Of a DNA stretch of 37,589 nucleotides, positions 16,655 to 27,416 are shown in pieces. The number at the start of each line of letters is the position of its first letter. Position 1 is the first letter of the stretch. The notes beneath the pieces were generated by a model. It made no database searches and was not told where the DNA came from. It saw nothing but the letters and a program-made list of their open reading frames with translations. The stretch lies in contig JAJFJI010000152.1 in the NCBI GenBank assembly GCA_021774205.1, positions 1 to 37,589 of the forward strand, given 5' to 3'. The position numbers and the translations under genes were made by a program. Source of the stretch: Nitrosomonas sp. (GTDB lineage: Bacteria > Pseudomonadota > Gammaproteobacteria > Burkholderiales > Nitrosomonadaceae).

Positions 16655-19600
16655 ATGTTAGAAAAAGTACACTTCGACGAAGCCAAACAATCACAGCTCA
16701 CTACACTCGAGCTGCTTTTGGCAATGGGATATCAATACATTTCCGCTGAAGAGGCTCTGCTTGATCGTGGTAGTGACACAAGCAACTTTATCTTGGCGAA
16801 TATCGCCAGTGAGAAACTCATGGAAATCAATGTGTATGAGGTTAATGGTAAGAGCTACAAGTTTAGCGAGAAAGATGTAAAAGACGTCGTGGATGAACTA
16901 GAGTACATTCAGTACGAGGGACTCATTGATACGGCTCAAAAAATATATAACATAATCATGCCCACATCTGGTGGTAAGACTATTCGTGTACGTGCGGGTG
17001 GAAAAACCGTTTCGAAGAACTTTCGATTTATTGATTTCGAGCATCCAGAAAACAACGCATTTCATGTGACTGCTGAGTTTGTGGCAAGTGGCAAGCAGAA
17101 TATCCGCCCAGATATTGTGTGCTTCGTAAACGGAATACCGTTTGCGGTGATTGAGAATAAAAAATCAAGTGTGGCAGTCACTGAGGCTATCAACCAAATG
17201 AACAGGAATCAGGGGCCTGAGTTCTGTCCAAAACTTTTTACTTTTACCCAGCTCCTTGTGGGTACAAATGGTAAGGAGCTGCAATACGGTACTACCGGTA
17301 CTCCGAACAAGTTTTACGCGGTTTGGAAAGAGAAAGGAATGACTGCAGAAGAAATAAATACACAAGCAAAAGAACTGATTGCTCAAAAGATTGATGATGA
17401 GGTGTATGAGGCGGTACTGAAAGACCTCAATGGATACATTGACGGACACAAGCAAAAGACTAAGAGACTGCCTACTGAGCAGGATCGTGGCATCTTGGCT
17501 TTGTTTGAACCTGCTCGGCTTTTAGATCTCACCAAGAACTACATCCTTTTTGATGCCGGGGTGAAGAAGCTTTCACGCTACCAGCAATACTTTGCGATTC
17601 ACAAGATGCTGCAGCGGGTTGATGAAACTGAGATTTCAGAATCTGGTATCACTCGTCGCAAAGGAGGGCTTGTATGGCACACCCAAGGATCGGGTAAATC
17701 ACTCACGATGGTTATGTTTGTGAAAGCTCTTATCGAGAATCCGCACATAAGTAACCCGCGAGTCATTATTGTGACTGATCGTAAGGATCTTGATAAGCAA
17801 ATCAAAGACACCTTTAAAAACTGTAATCTTAAGAAGGAGGTTATTCAGGCAACTAGCGGTCAGAATCTTCTTGATCTCATTAAAGATCGAAACCTTGGTG
17901 TTATTACGACAATCATTGATAAGTTTGAATCAGCTGCAAAAAAGAAGGCGGGATTTGTAGATACTGATCAAAATATTTTTGTACTCATTGATGAAGCTCA
18001 CCGAAGTCAAAGTGGTATCGCAAGTCTTGAGATGAATCGCATCATTCCGAATGCTTGCTACATCGGCTTTACAGGTACGCCACTCATGAAGAAGGATAAG
18101 GAGAGTTGGAAGAAGTTTGGCGGCTATATTGATAAATACACGATTGATGATGCTTTAGCAGATAATATCATTCTCCCACTCATCTACGAGGGAAGGTATG
18201 TGGATTTGGTTCAAAATGAGGAGCAGATTGACCGCCATATCGAACGTATTACCGAAGGCTTGAATGAAAAGCAGAAAAAAGAACTACAAAAATATATTGG
18301 TTCAAAAGTCATTAAGGATAACCCGCAAAGAATCGTCGAGATTGGCTACGATATTGAAAAACACTTCACTAATCATTTTCAAGATACTGGCCTTAAGGCG
18401 CAGATTGTAGCCCCGTCTAAATTCTCGGCTGTTTTGTTTCAAAAATTCTTTCAAGAGCGTGGGAATATGCGTACTGCCGTTGTGGTTTCTGATGAACATG
18501 ATGACGGTGATGAGGCGAACACGCATAAAGCCGAGGTAGTGAAATACCTTGATGGAATCAGAAAGAACCACAGCAGTGTGGCGAAGTATGAAAAGGATGT
18601 TATTGATAGTTTCAAATACAACGATGACGGTATTGAAATGATTATTGTGGTAGATAAACTACTTACTGGTTTTGATGCGCCACGTAATACGGTTCTATAC
18701 CTCGCTAAGGATCTGAAAGATCACAATCTGCTGCAAGCGATTGCTCGAGTAAATCGTCTGCACGAAAATAAGAAATTACCAAAGACGGCGGGATACATCA
18801 TTGATTACTCTGAGAATGCCAAAAATATCGACACAGCGATGAAGCTCTTTGGTAATTACGATGAAGCTGATGTTCAAGGAACCCTTATTGATGTTGCCGA
18901 CAAGATAGAAGAGCTTGAACAAAGCTACAGTCTATTGCATGACATTTTTAAAACCATTAAGGGATCATCTGATGATGAGGCATTTCTACAACTCCTTGAT
19001 GATGCTCCAACTCGTGAAGTATTTTATAAAACCCTCAACGCATTTATTAAAAGCTTGAATGAGTGTTTTGTATTGCAGGACTTTGTTCATGAGTTTGATA
19101 ACCTTGATATGTATACCCGTGAACTCAAGAAGTTTATGGAACTTCGCAAGACAGCGAGCTTGAAGTATGCAGATCGGGTTGACCTTGCTGAGTACAAGCA
19201 GTCACTCGTGAATATCTTGGATAAATACGTTGATGCAAAGGGCGTCGAATTACTTACCAAGCAAATTAACATCACAGACCGCAAACAGTTTGAGGAGGCG
19301 GTTGAAACGCTTGGTTCTGATAAATCAAAAGCTGAGGCGATTGCAGCCCAAACCCAAAAGACAATTTCTGAGAAATTGGATTCTGACCCTGAATTCTATG
19401 AGCGATTTTCTAAAAAGATTTCAGAGATATTGAAGAAGATGCGTGACGGCAAACTTGCTGATGTAGCTGCGCTAAAACAACTCAAACTTATCAAAGAGGA
19501 TGTAGTAAATAAGAAGGACGATACTCTACCAGACGCTGTTGATGCAGTAAAAGGATCAGATGTTTTTTACCGTAACCTCAGAGAAGATTTCAAGAAATTT

Positions 19601-19843
19601 GGCATTGTTGAGGATGAGTTTATTGTTATTACTCTCGATATATTCGGTATTGTGAAAGCTGAGGCAATTGTTGATTTTTATAAAAATCTTGATGTAAAAC
19701 GTCATATTATGAACATGCTGGATGATTATCTATATGACGTTGTAAAGAAAGAGAAAGGGGTAGATTTGTCTGATGCGGATATGCGGTCGATTATAAACAG
19801 CACGCTCACGCTTGCAGAAAATAATTATGAAATCTTCTCCTAA
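16655..19843 (+). CDS. hsdR: Type I RM restriction subunit R
   Basis: RPDIV.FVNGIP...IENK nuclease motif, WHTQGSGKS, DEAHRS, GFTGTP, LLTGFDAP, QAIARVNR. Confidence 0.97.
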   Translation: MLEKVHFDEAKQSQLTTLELLLAMGYQYISAEEALLDRGSDTSNFILANIASEKLMEINVYEVNGKSYKFSEKDVKDVVDELEYIQYEGLIDTAQKIYNIIMPTSGGKTIRVRAGGKTVSKNFRFIDFEHPENNAFHVTAEFVASGKQNIRPDIVCFVNGIPFAVIENKKSSVAVTEAINQMNRNQGPEFCPKLFTFTQLLVGTNGKELQYGTTGTPNKFYAVWKEKGMTAEEINTQAKELIAQKIDDEVYEAVLKDLNGYIDGHKQKTKRLPTEQDRGILALFEPARLLDLTKNYILFDAGVKKLSRYQQYFAIHKMLQRVDETEISESGITRRKGGLVWHTQGSGKSLTMVMFVKALIENPHISNPRVIIVTDRKDLDKQIKDTFKNCNLKKEVIQATSGQNLLDLIKDRNLGVITTIIDKFESAAKKKAGFVDTDQNIFVLIDEAHRSQSGIASLEMNRIIPNACYIGFTGTPLMKKDKESWKKFGGYIDKYTIDDALADNIILPLIYEGRYVDLVQNEEQIDRHIERITEGLNEKQKKELQKYIGSKVIKDNPQRIVEIGYDIEKHFTNHFQDTGLKAQIVAPSKFSAVLFQKFFQERGNMRTAVVVSDEHDDGDEANTHKAEVVKYLDGIRKNHSSVAKYEKDVIDSFKYNDDGIEMIIVVDKLLTGFDAPRNTVLYLAKDLKDHNLLQAIARVNRLHENKKLPKTAGYIIDYSENAKNIDTAMKLFGNYDEADVQGTLIDVADKIEELEQSYSLLHDIFKTIKGSSDDEAFLQLLDDAPTREVFYKTLNAFIKSLNECFVLQDFVHEFDNLDMYTRELKKFMELRKTASLKYADRVDLAEYKQSLVNILDKYVDAKGVELLTKQINITDRKQFEEAVETLGSDKSKAEAIAAQTQKTISEKLDSDPEFYERFSKKISEILKKMRDGKLADVAALKQLKLIKEDVVNKKDDTLPDAVDAVKGSDVFYRNLREDFKKFGIVEDEFIVITLDIFGIVKAEAIVDFYKNLDVKRHIMNMLDDYLYDVVKKEKGVDLSDADMRSIINSTLTLAENNYEIFS

Positions 19844-20555
19844 AAATCAAAAAGAATTTATTTTTGGCTCATTCGTCTACTGCTACGATCTCATTTGCCA
19901 AGACAGAAAAACACTTAACCTGACCGTCACGCCTGACATGCGTATTTGTGTAAAGTGCCCACACGATACTGCTCCCGATAGAATAGAACAGTTTCTCAAA
20001 CGTAAGTGGTACTGGCTACAAAAGCAACTGCATTTCTTTGGAAAGCATCAACGAAGGACCTATACAAAAGAATATGTGTCGGGAGAAAGTTTTCACTATT
20101 TGGGTCGTCAACACCAGCTACTTGTTAAGCAAGGTTCTGATGACAAGGTAGCGTTATTACGTGGCGTACTATTGGTGCAAACAACTAAATCCGTCACAAA
20201 TAGTACATATACTAAAAAGTTGCTAACCAACTGGTTTAATAAAAAAAGAAACAAAGTCTTCGCTGATCGTTTTGATGTGATGAAGGAGAGGTTTGACTAT
20301 AAACAAATGCCGACACTGTCAATAAGAGACATGAAGAAACGTTGGGGTAGTTTTATTAGTAAAGAAAAAATTGTCTTACATCCTAAACTAATTCACGTTT
20401 CAAAAGACTGTATTGACTATGTAATTGTTCATGAACTATGTCATATGCGGTATAAAAACCACGATAAAAAATTTTTTGCTTTTCTAAATGAGAAGTATCC
20501 TGGGTGGGAGAATAAAAAAGAAAAACTTGAGTTGCTCGGTGTTCATGTTCTTTAA
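19827..20555 (+). CDS. YgjP/M48-like (DUF45) metal-dependent hydrolase, commonly found after hsdR
   Basis: GESFHYLGR, MKKRWGS, IDYVIVHELCH (HExxH), NH...F. ATG 19827 chosen over TTG 19812. Confidence 0.9.
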   Translation: MKSSPKNQKEFIFGSFVYCYDLICQDRKTLNLTVTPDMRICVKCPHDTAPDRIEQFLKRKWYWLQKQLHFFGKHQRRTYTKEYVSGESFHYLGRQHQLLVKQGSDDKVALLRGVLLVQTTKSVTNSTYTKKLLTNWFNKKRNKVFADRFDVMKERFDYKQMPTLSIRDMKKRWGSFISKEKIVLHPKLIHVSKDCIDYVIVHELCHMRYKNHDKKFFAFLNEKYPGWENKKEKLELLGVHVL

Positions 20556-20746
20556 AACAAAATACCGTGCCTTCCATGGCAAACGGTATGTTTCTTACTT
20601 CCCTTTTTGTATTCATTGAAGGTTCAAGTGAAAAATGCTGCATTCCTGACAATAAGAAAGGCGAGGAATTGAATAATACAAAACTCACATCCGACTAAAC
20701 AGGTTGGCAGAATATTTGCTTTGGCATTAATTATTCATCAATTAAG

Positions 20747-22074
20747 CACGCGTGTCCGGTTTAAAACCATTGTAAATCAAGCCTCTCTTGCCCACCCTTG
20801 ACATCAAACTGTATCTCAACCTCAGAAAACAGTGATTTTAAAGGCTTTTTGTCAAAAAGAGACACTGATGTAATCTGTAACATTCTGTAGAGATCAAGCT
20901 CAATATTCAGTTTCTTTTTAACTAAAGCCATGAGTAAATAAGCACACAACGCAATACAAATTTGTGTCTTCACCGCATTTTCACTAGTTCCCCAAAAGGT
21001 TTTAATCTTTAAATGTTGTTTAATCCATCTAAAAAACAATTCCACCTGCCACCTGTTTTTATAGAGAACAGCAATGGTTAATGCCGTACTATTGAAATCA
21101 TTAGTGAGAAAGATATAAACAATTTTAGTTTCTTCATCTCGATATTTTATTCTTCTCATCTTGTCTGGGTACTTAACTCTGCTTTTCCTGTCATTCAAAG
21201 TAATAATTTGGTCACATAAGATACCTAAATTTTTATCAACAGCACTTGAATACAACCGACTGAATCTCATATTGCTTCTAGCCCTAGTAACAAAGAAAGC
21301 TCCAGCTTTATGTATTTTGTACCAACGTTCATAACCAAGGTAACCTTTATCCATCACATAATAAGCTTTAGCTTCATAAGTGATGTCATCAAGGAAATTC
21401 ACGTCGTTAACTTTCCCATCGGTAATGGTGAAAAAAGCAGGAATAGCACCATTTAAATCAAGTTGCATATTTAGCTTGATGGCTGAGTGTCGTCTATCGA
21501 ACTTAGCCCAACTAAATACACTTAAACATAAATCGATTACCGTTGAGTCTAAAAGATATACGGTGGCATCTAAATCAAGTTCCTCCATTTCACGGGAGAC
21601 AGGTTCCATTGGTCTGACTTTGGCTATCAAGGTTAGTGCTAAATCTCGGTAGATTCGCCAATCTCGATTTTTATTAGCGTCAGCTAAGGTACTTCTTTTA
21701 ATTTCTGAGTAAAAACCTAAGTGATATAATTTTTCATTATGTGCACCTAGGCAAGTTATAATGTCGCGCAAACTTTCTCGGTATGAAAGCTGTCCGAAGA
21801 GCATTGACCGCAATTGAAGCTGGCAAGAAAGAGACCTTACTCGGTGAGTTCCTCCATATTCCTTTATACATTTTTTAAATTCATAATCATCAACAAACTC
21901 TAGTATTTGTGAAAAAACATATTTTCCTTGATTCATAACAATAATTGATTAGAGGTAATATCCTCTGTCAATTATCACAGACCTGAATTCAAATCGAAAA
22001 ATCGATATTATTAAAATACCCCTTTAGTTGCAAGGGGTATTTGAGGTTTTGAAAAGTTAAACCGGACACGCGTG
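20747..22074 (-). mobile_element. Complete IS4-family insertion sequence
   Basis: Perfect 18-bp terminal IRs CACGCGTGTCCGGTTTAA (20747-20764 and 22057-22074), flanked by the 10-bp target duplication ATCAATTAAG (20737-20746 and 22075-22084). Confidence 0.96.
20761..21936 (-). CDS. IS4-family DDE transposase
   Basis: LLDST, MDKGY, FLTN, YKNRWQVELFFRWIKQ (YREK-like motif). The stop codon lies inside the left IR. Confidence 0.96.
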   Translation of the reverse strand: MNQGKYVFSQILEFVDDYEFKKCIKEYGGTHRVRSLSCQLQLRSMLFGQLSYRESLRDIITCLGAHNEKLYHLGFYSEIKRSTLADANKNRDWRIYRDLALTLIAKVRPMEPVSREMEELDLDATVYLLDSTVIDLCLSVFSWAKFDRRHSAIKLNMQLDLNGAIPAFFTITDGKVNDVNFLDDITYEAKAYYVMDKGYLGYERWYKIHKAGAFFVTRARSNMRFSRLYSSAVDKNLGILCDQIITLNDRKSRVKYPDKMRRIKYRDEETKIVYIFLTNDFNSTALTIAVLYKNRWQVELFFRWIKQHLKIKTFWGTSENAVKTQICIALCAYLLMALVKKKLNIELDLYRMLQITSVSLFDKKPLKSLFSEVEIQFDVKGGQERLDLQWF

Positions 22075-22959
22075 ATCAATTAAGCTATTCTCAAGCCTTG
22101 AAAGCTCAGTTTTTAGGTTTTCAAGCGTAGTTTCAAGTTTCTTTATTTCAGTTTTTAATGCTTCTATGTTTCTGATTATATCAGGATCAATGCCGTCATT
22201 ATCGTCATGACCCCAAGCTAATACTACTAATTCAGGGTGATCTATGTACGGATTTCGGTTGCCTTGCCTTTCTTCAATGTGGTTATTTCTCTCTTTTTCA
22301 GCCGCATCTACCGGGTCATCTTGATGCCACTGAAACAATACTTCTTTTTTGGCTATATTGGAAATATCACCGGCAACATCTGGATACATGGTATAGAAAT
22401 AATATACGGCTCTAGCCAGGTTCCCCTTATGATCTTCACGTGGTTCAAATGCTTCATTGCCAATTACCTCACTGAATGAATCTATTTCATCTGTTGGGAT
22501 ACTGTTTCTTATTATTCTTAGCCCGGGATCACCAGCGGTAATCCATTTTTCAGTTAAATTATCGTCTATCTCGTCAAAAGGTGAGTCACTTCTAGTTGAA
22601 TTGACGTTTTTATGGGTTGGAAATAAATGATGGAGATCTGACCTCATCGGTGATTTTTCATTAAACCAGGATTGCGGTATGGTATGTTCTGCATTGATTG
22701 GGTTGAGGAAGGTTGTATCCCTGGCTCTTTGTTTAAATCCTGAATAGACACCCGTGACCATATTATCGGTATCTTTATCTATGAAACTATACATGGCCCG
22801 TCTGGCTTCGTTGTAGCCAAGGTCATTGTGTTTGCCTTCATGCCAATTTTCTTTCAGCCACACTTTCAGGGTTTGGCCAGATAAATTATCTGGTGGTAGC
22901 GGCCCGGCATAACTAAAAAAGCTGAATAGGATTAATACGATACCTACATAAACTTTCAT
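22057..22959 (-). CDS. Secreted endonuclease I-family (His-Me finger) nuclease with a C-terminal coiled coil
   Basis: Signal peptide MKVYVGIVLILFSFFSYA after RBS AAGGGG; NAEHTIPQSW, DLHHLFP..VNSTRS, KGNLARAVYYF, WH..DPVD..E..RN, QGNRNPYIDHPE. The last 5 residues come from the IS end. Confidence 0.9.
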   Translation of the reverse strand: MKVYVGIVLILFSFFSYAGPLPPDNLSGQTLKVWLKENWHEGKHNDLGYNEARRAMYSFIDKDTDNMVTGVYSGFKQRARDTTFLNPINAEHTIPQSWFNEKSPMRSDLHHLFPTHKNVNSTRSDSPFDEIDDNLTEKWITAGDPGLRIIRNSIPTDEIDSFSEVIGNEAFEPREDHKGNLARAVYYFYTMYPDVAGDISNIAKKEVLFQWHQDDPVDAAEKERNNHIEERQGNRNPYIDHPELVVLAWGHDDNDGIDPDIIRNIEALKTEIKKLETTLENLKTELSRLENSLIDHACPV

Positions 22960-23212
22960 GATATCCCCTTTTAATATTAGCGATAAATCGAGTGTGACAG
23001 GCATTAATGCAGATTGCACAAAATCAAGAATACTATAATTCAGGTCTTAGTTTATTACTCATTTATTAAGGATCTGCTATTGAAAAGATTTCGGAATTTT
23101 GTTCTAAATGTGACGCTGGAAGTAGATTCATGTCGAGTTAGAACAATTAGGTCGATAAAGGTTTATAATAACCAATAATTCAATATCTTAGTTTATGCTA
23201 GATGAGGTATAA

Positions 23213-24991
23213 ATGAATACAAGAAACGAACCAAAACGTGTTGGCATCTGGATTCGCGTCTCCACCGAAGACCAGGTACGTGGTGAAAGCCCAGAAACCC
23301 ACGAACGGCGTGCTCGTCTTTATGCGGAAGCGAAGGGCTGGAATGTGGTTGAAGTGTATCGTCTGGATGCTGTTTCTGGCAAGACAGTAAAAGACACGCC
23401 AGAAGCCAAACAAATGCTTTCTGACGTACGTGACGGTCATATCACAGGGCTTATCTTCTCAAAATTGGCCCGTCTGGCGCGTAACACCAAGGAACTGTTG
23501 GATTTCTCTGAAATCTTCAGAAATCACGGTGCTGACCTGATCTCCTTGGCAGAATCTATCGATACCTCAACTCCTGCTGGTCGCCTTTTCTACACCATGA
23601 TCGCTGCCATGGCGCAATGGGAACGTGAAGAGATATCAGAGCGGGTAGCGGCATCAGTACCTATCCGAGCTAGGGCAGGAAAACAAACCGGAGGTCAGGC
23701 TCCTTATGGCTATCAATGGAAAGACAAAGAACTTCTCATTGATCCTGTTGAATCACCGGTTCGCAAGCTCATGTATGAGCTTTTCCGAGAGCATAAGCGG
23801 AAAAAGACCGTGGCTCGCCTTCTCAATGAACAAGGCTACCGAACCAGGAATGGCGGCAAATTTACTGATACCACTATTGATCGTCTACTGCGAGATCCCA
23901 TTGCTAAAGGTATCCGCCGGGCAAACTACACCCGCAATCAAGACGGCAAAGGTTCATGGGTACTTAAACCTGAATCTGAATGGGTATATTTAGAGGTTGA
24001 GCCGATAATTTCTGAAGAATTATGGGAAGAGTGCAACAATTGCCTTGATACGCAAAGAAACAAGCTTAAACGCGTTACTAAGCCTGTAGTACACCTCTTT
24101 TCTGGTCTGGTGTACTGCATCTGTGGACCCAAGATGTATGTGCCCTCAAACAGTCCTAAATACACCTGCCAGAAGTGTCGGAACAAAATGCCTATTGATG
24201 ATCTGGAAGCAGTATTTCATGAGCAGATCAAGAATTTTCTTGTCTCAGATCAGGAGATCAACGCTCATCTTGAACAAGGTAATGAAGTAGTAAGGGAAAA
24301 AACTGAACTTCTTTCAGTTCTTGAAAAAGAAATCGTTAAGCTCGCTCATGAGATTGATAAACTCTATGATCTTTATCAGGCAGACATGATCGATAAGTCT
24401 GGTTTTGGCACAAAATACAAACCACTAGCTGAGCGTCGTGACCAGCTAGAAGAACAAATTCCTGAACTTCAAGCCCAGATAGATATCCTTAAAATTTCAC
24501 AACTTTCCCAAGAAACTGCAATTGAAGAAGCTCGTGATGTTCATAGTCGTTGGCCAACTCTTACCTATGAAGAAAAACGCCGAATTGTGGAAGCGATAGT
24601 AGAGCGGATTACGATTGGTAATGGTGAGGTTGAAATCACTTTGTATTACACCCCACCGTCTTCCCTTCCAAGTTCAGACGGTGGGCCATTATCAAATCAA
24701 GGAGGAAGTAATCCTCCTTGTACCTCCTTCGGAAACCGTGGCAAAAAGGCAACGTTTGAACAAGGATTCATTGCGGCAATCAATTGGAACTTGGCCGGAA
24801 ATTCTGCCTGTCGTGCGGCACGAGATATCGTAATATATCCAGATTCTAAAGGCTCACGTAACACTTCCAGGACTCTGCGATCAAATTCTGGCAACTCGTC
24901 AAGAAATAGTACGCCATGCATTGCCAGGGAGATTTCGCCGGGGCGTGGATTACTGCCACCGCCAACCAGTGCAACTCCAGAAGCGGTATGA
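23213..24991 (+). CDS. Large serine recombinase LSR2, comM-targeting integrase
   Basis: [30 protein letters not shown], Zn-ribbon Cys, coiled coil. Reads through the att junction into antisense comM. Confidence 0.95.
   Translation: MNTRNEPKRVGIWIRVSTEDQVRGESPETHERRARLYAEAKGWNVVEVYRLDAVSGKTVKDTPEAKQMLSDVRDGHITGLIFSKLARLARNTKELLDFSEIFRNHGADLISLAESIDTSTPAGRLFYTMIAAMAQWEREEISERVAASVPIRARAGKQTGGQAPYGYQWKDKELLIDPVESPVRKLMYELFREHKRKKTVARLLNEQGYRTRNGGKFTDTTIDRLLRDPIAKGIRRANYTRNQDGKGSWVLKPESEWVYLEVEPIISEELWEECNNCLDTQRNKLKRVTKPVVHLFSGLVYCICGPKMYVPSNSPKYTCQKCRNKMPIDDLEAVFHEQIKNFLVSDQEINAHLEQGNEVVREKTELLSVLEKEIVKLAHEIDKLYDLYQADMIDKSGFGTKYKPLAERRDQLEEQIPELQAQIDILKISQLSQETAIEEARDVHSRWPTLTYEEKRRIVEAIVERITIGNGEVEITLYYTPPSSLPSSDGGPLSNQGGSNPPCTSFGNRGKKATFEQGFIAAINWNLAGNSACRAARDIVIYPDSKGSRNTSRTLRSNSGNSSRNSTPCIAREISPGRGLLPPPTSATPEAV
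24745..24775. other. Island/comM junction (att site)
   Basis: The comM frame reads LIAAMNPC, then diverges to SNVAFLPRF instead of the usual NPCPCG. The junction is near 24759/24760. Confidence 0.8.
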
Positions 24992-25812
24992 TGCGGTGAA
25001 CGGTAAGGGCGACGTTTCCAGTTGGCAACATTAAAACTGCCGCTGCTTAGTGACTGTATTGCGGCAGATTCCAGCGCTTCTTTTTCCGTCATGGCCGGTA
25101 ATATGCCAGGAAAGCGTGCGGCCAGCATGGATTTTCCGGTACCTGGCGGGCCGATCAATAATACGCTATGTTCACCAGCTGCAGCGATTTCAAGTGCACG
25201 CTTGACATGCTTCTGACCTTTTACTTCATCTAGGCCAGGATAGCTGGATAACGTGGGTCCTGGCCCCTTTTCTGGAATAATAATGTGATGCTGAAGTCGT
25301 TTTTGTCCGGTTAAGTGAGCGCAGATCTGTAATAATGATTGTGCGGGATAAACTATTGATTCTTTTACCAACGCCGCTTCTGCTGCATTTTGTTGGGGTA
25401 AAACAAAACTTCGGCCTGAGCGTGATGCGCCATAAGTCATCGCCAGCGCACCGCGTATTGGGCGTAACTCCCCGGTCAAAGCAAGCTCACCCGCCCACTC
25501 ATATTGATCTAGTTCATCAGCAGGAATTTGTCCAGTTGCGGCGAGAATGCCCAGTGCAACTGGCAGGTCAAATCGTCCGCTTTCCTTGGGTAGATCGGCG
25601 GGCGCAAGGTTAACGGTAATACGTTGCGCAGGGATCTTGAATTTTGCGTTTTGTAGTGCTGCACGAACGCGATCCTTGCTTTCCTTTACTTCTGTTTCAG
25701 GCAGACCCACAATGGTGAAACTTGGCAGGCCATTGGCGATATGGACTTCCACAGTAACCAGGGGCGCTTCCATCCCTGAAAGTGCGCGGCTATAAAGGAC
25801 AGCAAGTGACAT
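24760..25812 (-). pseudogene. comM: 5' part of comM/yifB (Mg-chelatase-like AAA+ competence helicase), interrupted by the island
   Basis: [59 protein letters not shown]. Cut after AAMNPC, followed by 20 junction-derived residues (stop at 24697). Confidence 0.93.
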
Positions 25813-25919
25813 TAAGGGAAACGTTACGCAAAGATAAGCACTATTTCCATGGTTTCATGGCCGGTGGGTTGTAACACTTGAATTGTGCATGCTGTTTGCG
25901 TTGTTTTTTTGTCTTCAGC

Positions 25920-26213
25920 TTATTCGTCTTTGGGCTGCATTGTTGGTTGCTCAGTTGCGATTTTTTCAGGTGTTTCTGGTTCTAGCTGGTTTGCCAGCGT
26001 TGCTACTTTTGCTTCCAAGATAATTAATTTTTCTCGAGTGCGTTGTAGTACTTCTTGTTGCACATCAAACTCATCTCGTGTCACCAGGTCCATTCGATTA
26101 AATACGCCCATTAACAATACCCGAAGATTTTTTTCAATATCTTTTGCCGGACTTTGCGCTACTATTTCACTGACTTTAGAGCCAATCTCATCGAGTACTT
26201 TTTTATTCAACAT
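25920..26213 (-). CDS. ubiK: UbiK/BMFP-family accessory factor
   Basis: MDLVTRDEFDVQQEVLQRTREKL...LE signature; typical neighbour of comM. Confidence 0.9.
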   Translation of the reverse strand: MLNKKVLDEIGSKVSEIVAQSPAKDIEKNLRVLLMGVFNRMDLVTRDEFDVQQEVLQRTREKLIILEAKVATLANQLEPETPEKIATEQPTMQPKDE

Positions 26214-26408
26214 AATCTATTCTCCTGTTATTTACGCTGTTATTTAATTAACCGCAGCATGTTAAAATCTCATACTTTTAATTAATAGGCAATCAGAGGA
26301 TTGATTCAGCTATTATAATAATGATGCCCATTGATTCTTTATTACGCTCTATTTCTGATAAAAATTCAATGACGTTTTTGCATTCAAGTAGGTTGTTGGA
26401 GGTGAACT

Positions 26409-27416
26409 ATGGAGCGTTTGCAGTTGCTGGAAGGCTGGGTCAAAACACAATTTCCCGACAAATCTTTTACGTTAACCCCTGCTTCTGCTGACGCAAGTTT
26501 TCGCCGTTACTTTCGTATTACCTTCGATGAAAGAGAGACATTGATCGCAATGGATGCACCGCCACAACAAGAGGACTGCACGCCTTTTTTGCATGTAGCT
26601 GGCCTGTTTACGTCAGCGGCAGTGCATGTGCCCACAATTTTAACGCAAGATGCAACACAGGGCTTTTTGTTGCTTTCTGATCTGGGTAATACAACCTATT
26701 TGCAGGCGCTTAATACTAATGCTGATGATGCAGACAGTTTATACAGTGATGCGGTTGATGCGCTGATTAAAATCCAGCTGGCAAGTTGCGCCGGTGTGCT
26801 GCCAAATTATGATCAAGCATTACTGCTTGGTGAATTAAGTTTGTTTCCAGATTGGTATATTGCTAGACATCTGAAAACTGAATTAGCGGTCGGTCAGACA
26901 GCTGTCATTCAAGCCGTTTTTGACCAGATCCTGAAAAATAATCTTGCGCAGCCACGTGTGTTTGTTCATCGTGACTACCATTCACGGAATTTAATGGTAA
27001 CGACACCTAATCCGGGTATTATTGACTTCCAGGATGCAGTTTACGGCCCGATCACTTATGATCTTGTTTCGCTGTTTAAAGATGCCTATATCCATTGGGA
27101 AGAAGAGCGGTTGCTAGATTGGGCAATACGCTACTGGGAAAAAGCGCGGAAAGCCGGTTTGCCAGTAGCAGTGGATTTTGCTGATTTTTATCGTGACTTT
27201 GAATGGATGGGTGTGCAACGTCATCTCAAAGTGTTGGGGATTTTTGCCCGTTTATACTATCGTGACGGCAAAGATGCCTACCTTAAGGATATGCCACTGG
27301 TGATGAATTACTTGCGAAAAGCCTGTAAACGTTATCGCGAGCTCCATTTGTTATTGAAACTACTTGACGAACTAGTGTGTGATAAACCGGAATCAAAAAT
27401 TGGTTACACCTTCTGA
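26409..27416 (+). CDS. amgK: Anomeric MurNAc/GlcNAc kinase (APH-like phosphotransferase)
   Basis: DASFRRYFR, MDAPP, HRDYHSRNL, IDFQDA, QRHLKVLGIFARL. Upstream of murU. Confidence 0.92.
   Translation: MERLQLLEGWVKTQFPDKSFTLTPASADASFRRYFRITFDERETLIAMDAPPQQEDCTPFLHVAGLFTSAAVHVPTILTQDATQGFLLLSDLGNTTYLQALNTNADDADSLYSDAVDALIKIQLASCAGVLPNYDQALLLGELSLFPDWYIARHLKTELAVGQTAVIQAVFDQILKNNLAQPRVFVHRDYHSRNLMVTTPNPGIIDFQDAVYGPITYDLVSLFKDAYIHWEEERLLDWAIRYWEKARKAGLPVAVDFADFYRDFEWMGVQRHLKVLGIFARLYYRDGKDAYLKDMPLVMNYLRKACKRYRELHLLLKLLDELVCDKPESKIGYTF

Larger units (their letters stand above)
1..24760. mobile_element. Genomic island integrated in comM (right end at about 24760; left end outside window), containing a nested LSR1 element and defence cargo
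   Basis: comM is cut after the AAMNPC motif next to a large serine recombinase. Everything to the left is accessory (defence, recombinases, IS, ArdC) and everything to the right is housekeeping. Confidence 0.85.

Noticed and set aside
22014-22042. Hairpin AAATACCCCTT/AAGGGGTATTT as a separate element
   Set aside because: It lies inside the IS4 end and is best treated as part of the IS, possibly damping read-through.
24697-24759. Last 20 codons of the 371-aa comM ORF as a real C-terminus
   Set aside because: They derive from island sequence past the junction; comM normally continues NPCPCG.
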